Below are positions 1-19,921 of a stretch of DNA of 64,000 nucleotides, piece after piece (the stretch's first letter is position 1; each line of letters starts with the position of its first letter). A program made the position numbers and the translations under genes. The notes under the pieces were generated by a model. The model made no database searches. It saw nothing but the letters and a program-made list of their open reading frames with translations, and was not told where the DNA came from. The stretch is from NCBI GenBank assembly GCA_964016885.1, contig OZ024748.1, forward strand, positions 49,042,001 through 49,106,000. Direction: 5' to 3'. This DNA comes from Eledone cirrhosa. Taxonomy: Eukaryota.

Positions 1-91
1 ACATATACATACATATACATATACATATACATACATACACATATACATACATACATACATACATACATACATACATACATACATACATACA

Positions 92-127
<36 letters not shown>

Positions 128-371
128 TACATACATACATACATATACATACATTCATATACATATACATACATACATATATATATATACATATATATAC
201 ATATATATACATACATTCATATATATATACATATATATACATACATATACATACATACATATATATACATACATATACATACATACATATATATATACAT
301 ATATATACATACATATACATACATACATACATATACATACACATATACATATATACATACATATACATACA

Positions 372-403
<32 letters not shown>

Positions 404-645
404 CATACATATATATATATACATACATATATATACATATACATATATACATACATACATATATATACATACATATATACATACATACATATATACATAC
501 ATATACATACATACATATATATACATACATATATACATATATATACATACATACATATATATACATACATACATATATATACATACATACATATATATAC
601 ATACATATATACATATACATACATACATATATATACATACATATA

Positions 646-679
<34 letters not shown>

Positions 680-1125
680 TACATACATATACATACATAT
701 ATACACATATATATATACATACATACATACACATACATACATACACATACACACATACATACACATACATATATACACACATACATATACACATACATAC
801 ACATACATACATACACATACATATATACATATATATATATACATACATACATACATATTACATATTTACATATATATATATACATACATACATATATATA
901 CATACATATATACACATACATATATACATATATATATATACATGCATACATATATACACATATATATATACATACATACATACATATATATACATACACA
1001 TATACATATATATATATACATACATATATACATATATATATACATATATATATATACATATACATATATATATACATATATATACATACATATATATATA
1101 TATATATACATACATATACATACAT
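1..1125. repeat. (TACA)n/(TA)n microsatellite
   Basis: direct inspection. Confidence 0.95.
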
Positions 1126-1275
1126 ATGGTGGCTGCCAACTCGTTTTCGAGTACGGCCACTACTTTATATCCATGTAGGAGAACCCCTACCGATGCGCTG
1201 AACGAATGTGACATTTTAGTCCAGCCAGCGACTTGAAAACTCTGGTACAAAGACTACACTTGTGACCATTATTGA
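1126..1275 (-). mobile_element. Short 3' fragment of the same zinc-finger RTE family
   Basis: minus strand reads [25 protein letters not shown]; terminus ggctgcc..ctcgtt.tcgagta.ggcca matches 5452-5485. Confidence 0.7.
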
Positions 1276-1459
1276 CACATAGTGCAGGGCCCATGGTACC
1301 ATGTGATGACAAGTGCAGAGAGATCTCCAGATATAAAGCAATGTCTGTGATGTGAAGCTTTTATAGTGAGCAAAGGCACTGCACAAAGCCAGTCCCACTC
1401 TCTTAACCAAGATGATATTTACCAAAAAGAAGAACAAGTCAACATCATTGGATACCATC

Positions 1460-1735
1460 AGGGTTGCAGGTGTTATATCAGAGTTTTCCTTCTCCTAGAA
1501 TTCTGCCTTGACAAAGGCTAAGGGGTCATCTCTCCCAGTGATTTTGGATGGCTATTGACTCTTAAGAGCTCCCTTGCCCTTTGACAGGTTTTGTTTTTAG
1601 TCCTGCAGGATGTCCAAAGTCACCCTCCTCACCAAGAAACCTTGGTGGGGTTGCCAGTTTAGTCGCCAACGACCCGACCATGAGACAGGTTGTACTGGGA
1701 TACATGTTACCAGTAGCACCAACTGGTGACCTGAC
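1460..1735 (-). mobile_element. RTE-type 5' UTR-like fragment
   Basis: contains ctaggagaaggaaaactc and ggcgactaaac motifs recalled from RTE 5' regions; related decayed sequence at about 48975-49220 (+). Confidence 0.45.
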
Positions 1736-1917
1736 ATATATATATATATACATATACATATATATATATATATATACATACATATACATATATATATATA
1801 TGTATACATATATATATATATGTATACATATATATATATATGTATACATATATATATATATGTATACATATATATATATATATGTATACATATATATATA
1901 TATATGTATACATATAT

Positions 1918-2160
1918 CATCATCATCATCATCAGGTTTAGCGTCCGTGTTCCACGCTTGCATGGGTTTGGACGGGGGTTTTCCCACTTGAGGCAAGAGT
2001 GGTTGTCTTGCTCGCATAGGACTGTCTGGCGGGTTTTCTACAGTTGGATGCCCTTCCTAACACCAACCACATTTACAGTGTGGGGCTGGGAGGTTTTTAC
2101 CGTGTTGCCTACACGGCCACATTACAGCGTGGACTGTCTGGCGGGTTTTCTACAGCTGGA
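1918..2160 (-). mobile_element. 3' UTR-only copy of the RTE at 52292-56030
   Basis: near-identical to 52300-52520 including the (CAT)n tail; inserted in a TA microsatellite; shorter copy at about 50506-50567. Confidence 0.85.
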
Positions 2161-5447
<3,287 letters not shown>

Positions 5448-7020
5448 ATGATGATGGCTGCCCCCTCGTTATCGAGTATGGCCATTGCACAAGAAAAAAA
5501 AAAAAAAAAATAATAAATTTAAAAAAAAAAAAGGAAAAGAAATATATATACATATACATACATACATACACTCACACATATATACACACATACATTAATA
5601 ACAATAATAATAATAATAATAATAATGACAACAACAATAATAATATACATATTCATATATATATACACACACACGCACGCACATAAGCATATCTACACAC
5701 ACACACACACACGATAGCAACTAACAGTGGTGCGATCGAATGTGGCTTTTTAGCCCAGCTAATGATCTAAAATGTCTTGCACAGAGTCGGCAACCAAAAC
5801 ATTCACTGGGAATAGTCGGCTGTGGTTGGAGTTCGTGTACTTTTGCATGTCGCTTGAGCCCTCCTGCTGATTTACATTCTCTACCACATGTTTGGCAAGC
5901 ATGATGAGTAGCATCTCCAACAGCAGCCTGGTAGTCAACCACTGGTCTTACTTTATGACTGCGAAGATGACTTTCGAGTCCAACTTTGCTTAGGCAGAGT
6001 CTCGCACAGACGCTGCATGTCAGAACCATAGGAGGACCCTCGCCGTCTGGAAGTGCAACAGCAATGCCCTTCCCCACGTCCCGCTTTACTTTCTCGTGTG
6101 CGATTCGAGATGCCTCAAAGGCAACTTTCCCTCATATACAGTCTTTCTCCATTTATTACGATCAGCAGCAATATTTTCCCATGTATCAGCAGAGATGTTA
6201 GCGTCTTTCAGAGAGGCTTTCAAGGAATCCTTATACCTCTTTTTTGGTTTATGTGGCGGTTGTTTTCCTTTAACCAACTCTCCATAGAAGAGTTGTTTTG
6301 GTATTCTAGAATCCTTCATCCTGGCAAGGTGACCACTCCAACGGAGTCGCTGCTTAAGCACAAGAGCTTCTAAACTGTCACACATAGAGCTTTCCAAAAT
6401 CTCGACATCACTGATGTGGTCCCTCCAGTGAACGCCATGGATCCGTCTGAGACACATCTGATGGAAACGCTCCAATTGCTTAAGGTGGTGTCGATATGTG
6501 ACCCAGGTCTCGCAGGCATAAAGAAGACAAGAGAGTACACATGCCCTGTACACCTTTACCTTTGTCCTCCTGCATATGTCTCGCCGACCCCAGAGTTGCC
6601 TTTCTAGCTTTCCGAAAGCATCACTTGCTTTCCTAATCCTAAGTGAGATTTCACCGTCAAGGTTGCCATATCGATTGACAGTGCTTCCCAGGTAGACACT
6701 GATCAACCACTCCAAGTCGTTTGCCATACACATAGATGTTTGGTTCAGTGTACTGCTTACCAGGGGCAGGTTGGTACATGACGACTGTTTTCTTGAGACT
6801 GACAGTCAAACCCAGGGCAGTGCAAGCGTCAGAAAATACATTCAAAATGTGCTGCATATCACTCTCTGTGTGCGCTACAAGATCACAATCATCTGCATAC
6901 AAGAGGTCTCTTATGACTGATGTAAATACTTTTGTCTTCGCAGCAAAGCGCCTGATGTTAAATATGCTGCCTGAGGTTCGATATCGGATGTAAACACCAT
7001 GCTCGCAATTCCTGAATGCA
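5448..7020 (-). mobile_element. 5'-truncated, frameshifted RTE (BovB-like) LINE with three C-terminal C2H2 zinc fingers
   Basis: LLYADD, YLGS, LLYACETW, RLRWSGH, PKQLFYGEL; ORF 5721-6077 has three CxxC-x12-HxxxH fingers; 3' end motif at 5448-5490. Confidence 0.88.
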
Positions 7021-9140
<2,120 letters not shown>

Positions 9141-9609
9141 CAGTTGTGAAATAAATTCTCCAAAATATTCCTGAAGTCTTTAAATGACTCCACTGTCTGC
9201 CATGATTGACTATTTGTATATATATATATATATATATATAACTCTATCCATTCTATATGATAAAGCTTTGTCTAATGATTATTTTAACTGCCAGGGGACT
9301 TAACTGCATTTAAATTGTAACTTGAACTTTCCCACTTCATTTATTCTAGTTCAATTTATTTATTGTTTGTTTTCTATATGGAAGCACCCCGGTTGAGTGC
9401 TTCTGGCATGGTCAGTTTTTCAATTTAAATCAATTCCAATGTATGTTCTCTGCAAATTGGACTCAGACTCCTGCATGCTGTCGTCTACTCTAATAAAGCA
9501 TTGAGTTTAACACACCTTACCAAAAATAATCGTGGATTATTCCACAATTATTATATCCATATATATATTGGCACCTGTAAAGGTTAAGTAGTTAGCTAAG
9601 ATTTGTCAC

Positions 9610-9806
9610 CTGAAAAGTCGCAACAGTTGTAAAGCCTCAAGATAATGATATCCTGTTATGTACTGAATTAAGCAGGCAACAACTTCCTCTTTAGTTTCGG
9701 CATTGGAATCCAAATCAAACAGTTTGTGTTGACCATTCTCCAAGTCCATCCAAATTTGGGTCAGATTCTTCTTTATTGCAGTAACAGATGAGGACATATT
9801 AACAAC
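9610..9806 (-). CDS. fry: furry exon (last found): VVNMSSSVTAIKKNL...YHYLEALQLLRLFR
   Basis: tttcag/gtgaca, 197 nt phase 0/2; resembles the near-terminal FRY exon; terminal exon(s) not located in the window. Confidence 0.8.
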
Positions 9807-9874
9807 CTGAAAAAATAAACAACTATTAAATCCTAAGTTGGTAGGGGTGGTAGGTATTTTTCTGTGATATAAAT

Positions 9875-9901
9875 AGTACTGTGACATATATATAGCACTG
9901 T

Positions 9902-9958
<57 letters not shown>

Positions 9959-10455
9959 CTGTGACATATATATATATATAATACTGTGACATAAATATAG
10001 TACTGAGACATATATATATATATCTAGTACTGTGACATATATATATAGTACTATGACATGTATATATAGTACTATGATATATATATATATATAGTACTGT
10101 GACATATATATATATAATACTGTGACATAAATATAGTACTGAGACATATATATATATATCTAGTACTGTGATATATATATATATAGTACAATGACATATA
10201 TATATAGTACTGTGATATATATATATATATAGTACTGTGACATAAATAATACTGTGACATAAATAGTACTGTGACATAAATAATACTGTGACATATATAG
10301 TACTGTGGCATATATATATATAGTACTGTGACATACATATATAGTACTGTGACATATATATATATATAGTACTGTGACATATACATATATAGTACTGTGA
10401 CATAAATAGTACTGTGACATATATAGTACTGTGACATATATATAGTACTGTGACA
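9875..10455. repeat. Degenerate tagtactgtgaca(ta)n repeat
   Basis: recurring core with variable TA spacer. Confidence 0.85.
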
Positions 10456-10589
10456 GCTGAATCACTGGTCAGACTGGGGTGGGGTATAGCTGAATCACTG
10501 GTCAGGCTGGGGGGGGGGGTCGAGTCTGTTCCTCTAGAGAGATAGCAAGAGAGAAGCAGAGAGAGATAGTTAGAGAGGGCGAGAGAGAT

Positions 10590-13500
10590 AGATACTACCT
10601 GAGGGGGAATCTCCAAGTGATATACAATGTCAAAAGAGAGAGATACTACCTGAGGGGGAATCTCTAAGTGATATACAATGTCAAGAGAGAGAGATACTAC
10701 CTGAGGGGGAATCTCTAAGTGATATACAATGTCAAGAGAGAGAGAGATACTACCTGAGGGGGAATCTCTAAGTGATATACAATGTCAAGAGAGAGAGAGA
10801 TACTACCTGAGGGGGAATCTCTAAGTGATATACAATGTCAAGAGAGAGAGAGATACTACCTGAGGGGGAATCTCTAAGTGATATACAATGTCAAGAGAGA
10901 GAGAGATACTACCTGAGGGGGAATCTCTAAGTGATATACAATGTCAAGAGAGAGAGAGATACTACCTGAGGGGGAATCTCTAAGTGATATACAATGTCAA
11001 GAGAGAGAGAGATACTACCTGAGGGGGAATCTCTAAGTGATATACAATGTCAAGAGAGAGAGAGATACTACCTGAGGGGGAATCTCTAAGTGATATACAA
11101 TGTCAAGAGAGAGAGAGAGATACTACCTGAGGGGGAATCTCTAAGTGATATACAATGTCAAGAGAGAGAGAGATACTACCTGAGGGGGAATCTCTAAGTG
11201 ATATACAATGTCAAGAGAGAGAGAGATACTACCTGAGGGGGAATCTCTAAGTGATATACAATGTCAAGAGAGAGAGAGAGATACTACCTGAGGGGGAATC
11301 TCTAAGTGATATACAATGTCAAGAGAGAGAGAGAGATACTACCTGAGGGGGAATCTCTAAGTGATATACAATGTCAAGAGAGAGAGAGAGATACTACCTG
11401 AGGGGGAATCTCCAAGTGATATACAATGTCAAGAGAGAGAGAGATACTACCTGGGGGGGAATCTCCAAGTGATATACAATGTCAAGAGAGAGAGAGAGAT
11501 ACTACCTGAGGGGGAATCTCTAAGTGATATACAATGTCAAGAGAGAGAGAGATACTACCTGAGGGGGAATCTCTAAGTGATATACAATGTCAAGAGAGAG
11601 AGAGAGATACTACCTGAGGGGGAATCTCCAAGTGATATACAATGTCAAGAGAGAGAGAGATACTACCTGGGGGGGAATCTGCAAGTGATATACAATGTCA
11701 AGAGAGAGAGAGAGATACTACCTGAGGGGGAATCTCTAAGTGATATACAATGTCAAGAGAGAGAGAGATACTACCTGAGGGGGAATCTCTAAGTGATATA
11801 CAATGTCAAGAGAGAGAGATACTACCTGAGGGGGAATCTCCAAGTGATATACAATGTCAAGAGAGAGAGATACTACCTGAGGGGGAATCTCCAAGTGATA
11901 TACAATGTCAAGAGAGAGAGAGAGATACTACCTGGGGGGGAATCTCCAAGTGATATACAATGTCAAGAGAGAGAGATACTACCTGAGGGGGAATCTCTAA
12001 GTGATATACAATGTCAAGAGAGAGAGAGAGAGAGATACTACCTGGGGGGGAATCTCCAAGTGATATACAATGTCAAGAGAGAGAGATACTACCTGAGGGG
12101 GAATCTCTAAGTGATATACAATGTCAAGAGAGAGAGAGAGATACTACCTGAGGGGGAATCTCCAAGTGATATACAATGTCAAGAGAGAGAGAGATACTAC
12201 CTGAGGGGGAATCTCTAAGTGATATACAATGTCAAGAGAGAGAGAGAGATACTACCTGGGGGGGAATCTCCAAGTGATATACAATGTCAAGAGAGAGAGA
12301 GAGATACTACCTGAGGGGGAATCTCTAAGTGATATACAATGTCAAGAGAGAGAGAGATACTACCTGAGGGGGAATCTCTAAGTGATATACAATGTCAAGA
12401 GAGAGAGAGAGATACTACCTGAGGGGGAATCTCTAAGTGATATACAATGTCAAGAGAGAGAGAGATACTACCTGAGGGGGAATCTCCAAGTGATATACAA
12501 TGTCAAGAGAGAGAGAGAGATACTACCTGAGGGGGAATCTCTAAGTGATATACAATGTCAAGAGAGAGAGAGATACTACATGAGGGAGAATCTCTAAGTG
12601 ATATACAATGTCAAGAGAGAGAGAGAGAAACTACCTGAGGAGGAATCTCTAAGTGATATACAATGTCAAGAGAGAGAGAGAGAAACTACCTGAGGGGGAA
12701 TCTCCAAGTGATATACAATGTCAAGAGAGAGAGAGAGAAACTACCTGAGGGGGAATCTCTAAGTGATATACAATGTCAAGAGAGAGAGAGATACTACCTG
12801 AGGGGGAATCTCTAAGTGATATACAATGTCAAGAGAGAGAGAGAGAAACTACCTGAGGGGGAATCTCTAAGTGATATACAATGTCAAGAGAGAGAGAGAG
12901 AAACTACCTGAGGAGGAATCTCCAAGTGATATACAATGTCAAGAGAGAGAGAGAGATACTACCTGAGGGGGAATCTCTAAGTGATATACAATGTCAAGAG
13001 AGAGAGATACTACCTGAGGGGGAATCTCTAAGTGATATACAATGTCAAGAGAGAGAGAGAGAAACTACCTGAGGCGGAATCTCCAAGTGATATACAATGT
13101 CAGAGAGAGAGAGAGAGATACTACCTGAGGGGGAATCTCTAAGTGATATACAATGTCAAGAGAGAGAGAGAGAAACTACCTGAGGGGGAATCTCTAAGTG
13201 ATATACAATGTCAAGAGAGAGAGAGAGAAACTACCTGAGGAGGAATCTCCAAGTGATATACAATGTCAAGAGAGAGAGAGAGATACTACCTGAGGGGGAA
13301 TCTCTAAGTGATATACAATGTCAAGAGAGAGAGATACTACCTGAGGGGGAATCTCTAAGTGATATACAATGTCAAGAGAGAGAGAGAGAAACTACCTGAG
13401 GGGGAATCTCTAAGTGATATACAATGTCAAGAGAGAGAGAGAGAAACTACCTGAGGAGGAATCTCCAAGTGATATACAATGTCAAGAGAGAGAGAGAGAT

Positions 13501-16500
13501 ACTACCTGAGGGGGAATCTCTAAGTGATATACAATGTCAAGAGAGAGAGAGATACTACCTGAGGGGGAATCTCTAAGTGATATACAATGTCAAGAGAGAG
13601 AGAGAGAAACTACCTGAGGGGGAATCTCTAAGTGATATACAATGTCAAGAGAGAGAGAGAGAAACTACCTGAGGAGGAATCTCCAAGTGATATACAATGT
13701 CAAGAGAGAGAGAGAGATACTACCTGAGGGGGAATCTCTAAGTGATATACAATGTCAAGAGAGAGAGATACTACCTGAGGGGGAATCTCTAAGTGATATA
13801 CAATGTCAAGAGAGAGAGAGAGAAACTACCTGAGGCGGAATCTCCAAGTGATATACAATGTCAAGAGAGAGAGAGAGAGATACTACCTGAGGGGGAATCT
13901 CTAAGTGATATACAATGTCAAGAGAGAGAGAGAGAAACTACCTGAGGGGGAATCTCTAAGTGATATACAATGTCAAGAGAGAGAGAGAGAAACTACCTGA
14001 GGAGGAATCTCCAAGTGATATACAATGTCAAGAGAGAGAGAGAGATACTACCTGAGGGGGAATCTCTAAGTGATATACAATGTCAAGAGAGAGAGATACT
14101 ACCTGAGGGGGAATCTCTAAGTGATATACAATGTCAAGAGAGAGAGAGAGAGATACTACCTGAGGGGGAATCTCTAAGTGATATACAATGTCAAGAGAGA
14201 GAGATACTACCTGAGGGGGAATCTCTAAGTGATATACAATGTCAAGAGAGAGAGAGAGATACTACCTGAGGGGGAATCTCTAAGTGATATACAATGTCAA
14301 GAGAGAGAGATACTACCTGAGGGGGAATCTCTAAGTGATATACAATGTCAAGAGAGAGAGATACTACCTGAGGGGGAATCTCTAAGTGATATACAATGTC
14401 CAGAGAGAGAGAGATACTACCTGAGGGGGAATCTCCAAGTGATATACAATGTCAAGAGAGAGAGATACTACCTGAGGGGGAATCTCCAAGTGATATACAA
14501 TGTCAAGAGAGAGAGATACTACCTGAGGGAGAATCTCCAAGTGATATACAATGTCCAGAGAGAGAGAGATACTACCTGAGGGGGAATCTCCAAGTGATAT
14601 ACAATGTCAAGAGAGAGAGAGATACTACCTGAGGGGGAATCTCTAAGTGATATACAATGTCAAGAGAGAGAGAGATACTACCTGAGGGGGAATCTCCAAG
14701 TGATATACAATGTCAAGAGAGAGAGATACTACCTGAGGGAGAATCTCCAAGTGATATACAATGTCCAGAGAGAGAGAGAGATACTACCTGAGGGGGAATC
14801 TCCAAGTGATATACAATGTCAAGAGAGAGAGAGATACTACCTGAGGGGGAATCTCTAAGTGATATACAATGTCAAGAGAGAGAGATACTACCTGAGGGGG
14901 AATCTCTAAGTGATATACAATGTCAAGAGAGAGAGATACTACCTGAGGGGGAATCTCCAAGTGATATACAATGTCAAGAGAGAGAGAGATACTACCTGAG
15001 GGGGAATCTCCAAGTGATATACAATGTCAAGAGAGAGAGATACTACCTGAGGGGGAATCTCTAAGTGATATACAATGTCAAGAGAGAGAGATACTACCTG
15101 AGGGGGAATCTCTAAGTGATATACAATGTCAAGAGAGAGAGATACTACCTGAGGGGGAATCTCTAAGTGATATACAATGTCAAGAGAGAGAGAGAGAAAC
15201 TACCTGAGGGGGAATCTCTAAGTGATATACAATGTCAAGAGAGAGAGAGAGATACTACCTGAGGGGGAATCTCTAAGTGATATACAATGTCAAGAGAGAG
15301 AGATACTACCTGAGGGGGAATCTCCAAGTGATATACAATGTCAAGAGAGAGAGAGATACTACCTGAGGGGGAATCTCCAAGTGATATACAATGTCAAGAG
15401 AGAGAGAGATACTACCTGAGGGGGAATCTCTAAGTGATATACAATGTCAAGAGAGAGAGAGAGATACTACCTGAGGGGGAATCTCTAAGTGATATACAAT
15501 GTCAAGAGAGAGAGATACTACCTGAGGGGGAATCTCCAAGTGATATACAATGTCAAGAGAGAGAGAGATACTACCTGAGGGGGAATCTCTAAGTGATATA
15601 CAATGTCAAGAGAGAGAGAGAGATACTACCTGAGGGGGAATCTCCAAGTGATATACAATGTCAAGAGAGAGAGAGATACTACCTGAGGGGGAATCTCCAA
15701 GTGATATACAATGTCAAGAGAGAGAGAGATACTACCTGAGGGGGAATCTCTAAGTGATATACAATGTCAAGAGAGAGAGAGAGATACTACCTGAGGGGGA
15801 ATCTCTAAGTGATATACAATGTCAAGAGAGAGAGAGAGATACTACATGAGGGAGAATCTCCAAGTGATATACAATGTCAAGAGAAAGAGAGATACTACCT
15901 GAGGGGGAATCTCTAAGTGATATACAATGTCAAGAGAGAGAGAGATACTACCTGAGGGGGAATCTCCAAGTGATATACAATGTCAAGAGAGAGAGATACT
16001 ACCTGAGGAGGAATCTCCAAGTGATATACAATGTCAAGAGAGAGAGAGAGAGATACTACCTGAGCGGGAATCTCTAAGTGATATACAATGTCAAGAGAGA
16101 GAGAGAGAGATACTACCTGAGGGGGAATCTCCAAGTGATATACAATGTCAAGAGAGAGAGAGAGAGATACTACCTGAGGGGGAATCTCTAAGTGATATAC
16201 AATGTCAAGAGAGAGAGATACTACCTGAGGGGGAATCTCCAAGTGATATACAATGTCAAGAGAGAGAGATACTACCTGAGGAGGAATCTCCAAGTGATAT
16301 ACAATGTCAAGAGAGAGAGAGAGAGATACTACCTGAGCGGGAATCTCTAAGTGATATACAATGTCAAGAGAGAGAGAGAGAGATACTACCTGAGGGGGAA
16401 TCTCTAAGTGATATACAATGTCAAGAGAGAGAGATACTACCTGAGGGGGAATCTCCAAGTGATATACAATGTCAAGAGAGAGAGATACTACCTGAGGGGG

Positions 16501-19310
16501 AATCTCCAAGTGATATACAATGTCAAGAGAGAGAGATACTACCTGAGGAGGAATCTCCAAGTGATATACAATGTCAAGAGAGAGAGAGATACTACCTGAG
16601 GGGGAATCTCTGAGTGATATACAATGTCAAGAGAGAGAGATACTACCTGAGGGGGAATCTCCAAGTGATATACAATGTCAAGAGAGAGAGAGATACTACC
16701 TGAGGGGGAATCTCTGAGTGATATACAATGTCAAGAGAGAGAGATACTACCTGAGGGGGAATCTCCAAGTGATATACAATGTCAAGAGAGAGAGAGATAC
16801 TACCTGAGGGGGAATCTCTAAGTGATATACAATGTCAAGAGAGAGAGATACTACCTGAGGGGGAATCTCCAAGTGATATACAATGTCAAGAGAGAGAGAT
16901 ACTACCTGAGGGGGAATCTCCAAGTGATATACAATGTCAAGAGAGAGAGAGATACTACCTGAGGGGGAATCTCCAAGTGATATACAATGTCAAGAGAGAG
17001 AGAGATACTACCTGAGGGGGAATCTCTAAGTGATATACAATGTCAAGAGAGAGAGATACTACCTGAGGGGGAATCTCCAAGTGATATACAATGTCAAGAG
17101 AGAGAGATACTACCTGAGGGGGAATCTCCAAGTGATATACAATGTCAAGAGAGAGAGAGATACTACCTGAGGGGGAATCTCTAAGTGATATACAATGTCA
17201 AGAGAGAGAGATACTACCTGAGGGGGAATCTCCAAGTGATATACAATGTCAAGAGAGAGAGATACTACCTGAGGGGGAATCTCCAAGTGATATACAATGT
17301 CAAGAGAGAGAGAGATACTACCTGAGGGGGAATCTCTGAGTGATATACAATGTCAAGAGAGAGAGAGATACTACCTGAGGGGGAATCTCTAAGTGATATA
17401 CAATGTCAAGAGAGAGAGATACTACCTGAGGGGGAATCTCCAAGTGATATACAATGTCAAGAGAGAGAGAGATACTACCTGAGGGGGAATCTCCAAGTGA
17501 TATACAATGTCAAGAGAGAGAGAGATACTACCTGAGGGGGAATCTCTAAGTGATATACAATGTCAAGAGAGAGAGAGAGATACTACCTGAGGGGGAATCT
17601 CCAAGTGATATACAATGTCAAGAGAGAGAGATACTACCTGAGGGGGAATCTCTAAGTGATATACAATGTCAAGAGAGAGAGAGAGATACTACCTGAGGGG
17701 GAATCTCTAAGTGATATACAATGTCAAGAGAGAGAGAGAGATACTACCTGAGGGGGAATCTCTAAGTGATATACAATGTCAAGAGAGAGAGAGATACTAC
17801 ATGAGGGAGAATCTCCAAGTGATATACAATGTCAAGAGAGAGAGAGAGATACTACCTGAGGGGGAATCTCTAAGTGATATACAATGTCAAGAGAGAGAGA
17901 GATACTACCTGAGGGGGAATCTCTAAGTGATATACAATGTCAAGAGAGAGAGATACTACCTGAGGGGGAATCTCCAAGTGATATACAATGTCAAGAGAGA
18001 GAGATACTACCTGAGGGGGAATCTCCAAGTGATATACAATGTCAAGAGAGCGAGAGATACTACCTGAGGGGGAATCTCTGAGTGATATACAATGTCAAGA
18101 GAGAGAGATACTACCTGAGGGGGAATCTCCAAGTGATATACAATGTCAAGAGAGAGAGAGATACTACCTGAGGGGGAATCTCTAAGTGATATACAATGTC
18201 AAGAGAGAGAGATACTACCTGAGGGGGAATCTCCAAGTGATATACAATGTCAAGAGAGAGAGATACTACCTGAGGGGGAATCTCCAAGTGATATACAATG
18301 TCAAGAGAGAGAGAGATACTACCTGAGGGGGAATCTCTGAGTGATATACAATGTCAAGAGAGAGAGAGATACTACCTGAGGGGGAATCTCTAAGTGATAT
18401 ACAATGTCAAGAGAGAGAGAGATACTACCTGAGGGGGAATCTCTAAGTGATATACAATGTCAAGAGAGAGAGAGATACTACCTGAGGGGGAATCTCCAAG
18501 TGATATACAATGTCAAGAGAGAGAGATACTACCTGAGGGGGAATCTCCAAGTGATATACAATGTCAAGAGAGAGAGAGATACTACCTGAGGGGGAATCTC
18601 TGAGTGATATACAATGTCAAGAGAGAGAGAGATACTACCTGAGGGGGAATCTCTAAGTGATATACAATGTCAAGAGAGAGAGAGAGATACTACCTGAGGG
18701 GGAATCTCTAAGTGATATACAATGTCAAGAGAGAGAGAGATACTACCTGAGGGAGAATCTCTAAGTGATATACAATGTCAAGAGAGAGAGAGATACTACC
18801 TGAGGGGGAATCTCTAAGTGATATACAATGTCAAGAGAGAGAGAGATACTACATGAGGGAGAATCTCCAAGTGATATACAATGTCAAGAGAGAGAGAGAG
18901 ATACTACCTGAGGGGGAATCCTAAGTGATATACAATGTCAAGAGAGAGAGAGATACTACCTGAGGGGGAATCTCTAAGTGATATACAATGTCAAGAGAGA
19001 GAGAGATACTACCTGAGGGAGAATCTCCAAGTGATATACAATGTCAAGAGAGAGAGAGAGATACTACCTGAGGGAGAATCTCCAAGTGATATACAATGTC
19101 AAGAGAGAGAGAGATACTACCTGAGAGTGAATCTCCAAGTGATATACAATGTCAAGAGAGAGAGAGATACTACCTGAGAGTGAATCTCCAAGTGATATAC
19201 AATGTCAAGAGAGAGAGATACTACCTGAGGGGGAATCTCCAAGTGATATACAATGTCAAGAGAGAGAGAGATACTACCTGAGGGGGAATCTCCAAGTGAT
19301 ATACAATGTC
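10590..19310. repeat. About 8.7-kb minisatellite, unit 41 bp + (GA)n (51-59 bp), about 160 copies
   Basis: tactacctgagggggaatctc(t/c)aagtgatatacaatgtcaa(ga)n. Confidence 0.97.
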
Positions 19311-19388
19311 CAGAACTTTTGAGTAGCTTTCAAAGAATGATGTCAGTTGAAATATCAGTTTGTAGAGACAGCGACATATATTGATTTT
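19278..19388 (-). CDS. fry: furry exon: KINICRCLYKLIFQLTSFFESYSKVLDIVYHLEIPPQ
   Basis: tttcag/gtagta, 111 nt; FRY 'C..LYKL.FQL...F.SY.K' motif; its 3' end is the unit of the adjacent minisatellite. Confidence 0.88.
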
Positions 19389-19921
19389 CTGAAATTGATA
19401 AAATAGTATTGGAATTAGTAAACATTTAGGTTGGGTGAAGGTCACATAACTGACATATAGGGTAAATTTTAAACAGGAGACATATGGTAGATAGAAAGGC
19501 TGGTGTGTAGATACTCTTAGGTCCTAAATAATAGGGGGGGGGGGGATAAGCAGGGGGTGGGGGTGGAATAAGCGGCGGTAGGTGGAATTGGAAAATTGAT
19601 AATTTTTCTTGGTTGTCTTTTTTTTTTGAAAACCAGAATTAATCGTTTTAATTTACATATTGAGACCCCAACCCATCCTTTTAATTTTATAATGTATGGG
19701 CTTTCTAGTAATGTACTTTTTTTTTGTCATGTATAATGTTTAGTAATGTATAAAGAAAATTGTCATAGGAATGCTACCACTTATTTCACTGGAGATAGAT
19801 GACAGGAGAGGGGCATTATTTGAGACCCAACAGTAGATAAAAAGATAGGCTGATGTGTAGATAGATAGATGGATGGATAGACACACTGGTATGTAGATAG
19901 AAAGGAAATAAGTCTGATATA

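Noticed and set aside
9521-9574. 54-nt AG/GT-bounded candidate furry exon
   Set aside because: It would leave only a 35-nt intron after exon 9610 and shows no FRY similarity
10590-19310. CRISPR-like array or repetitive protein (EREILPEGESPSDIQCQ)
   Set aside because: No unique spacers, eukaryotic intron context, and frame constantly broken by (GA)n variation
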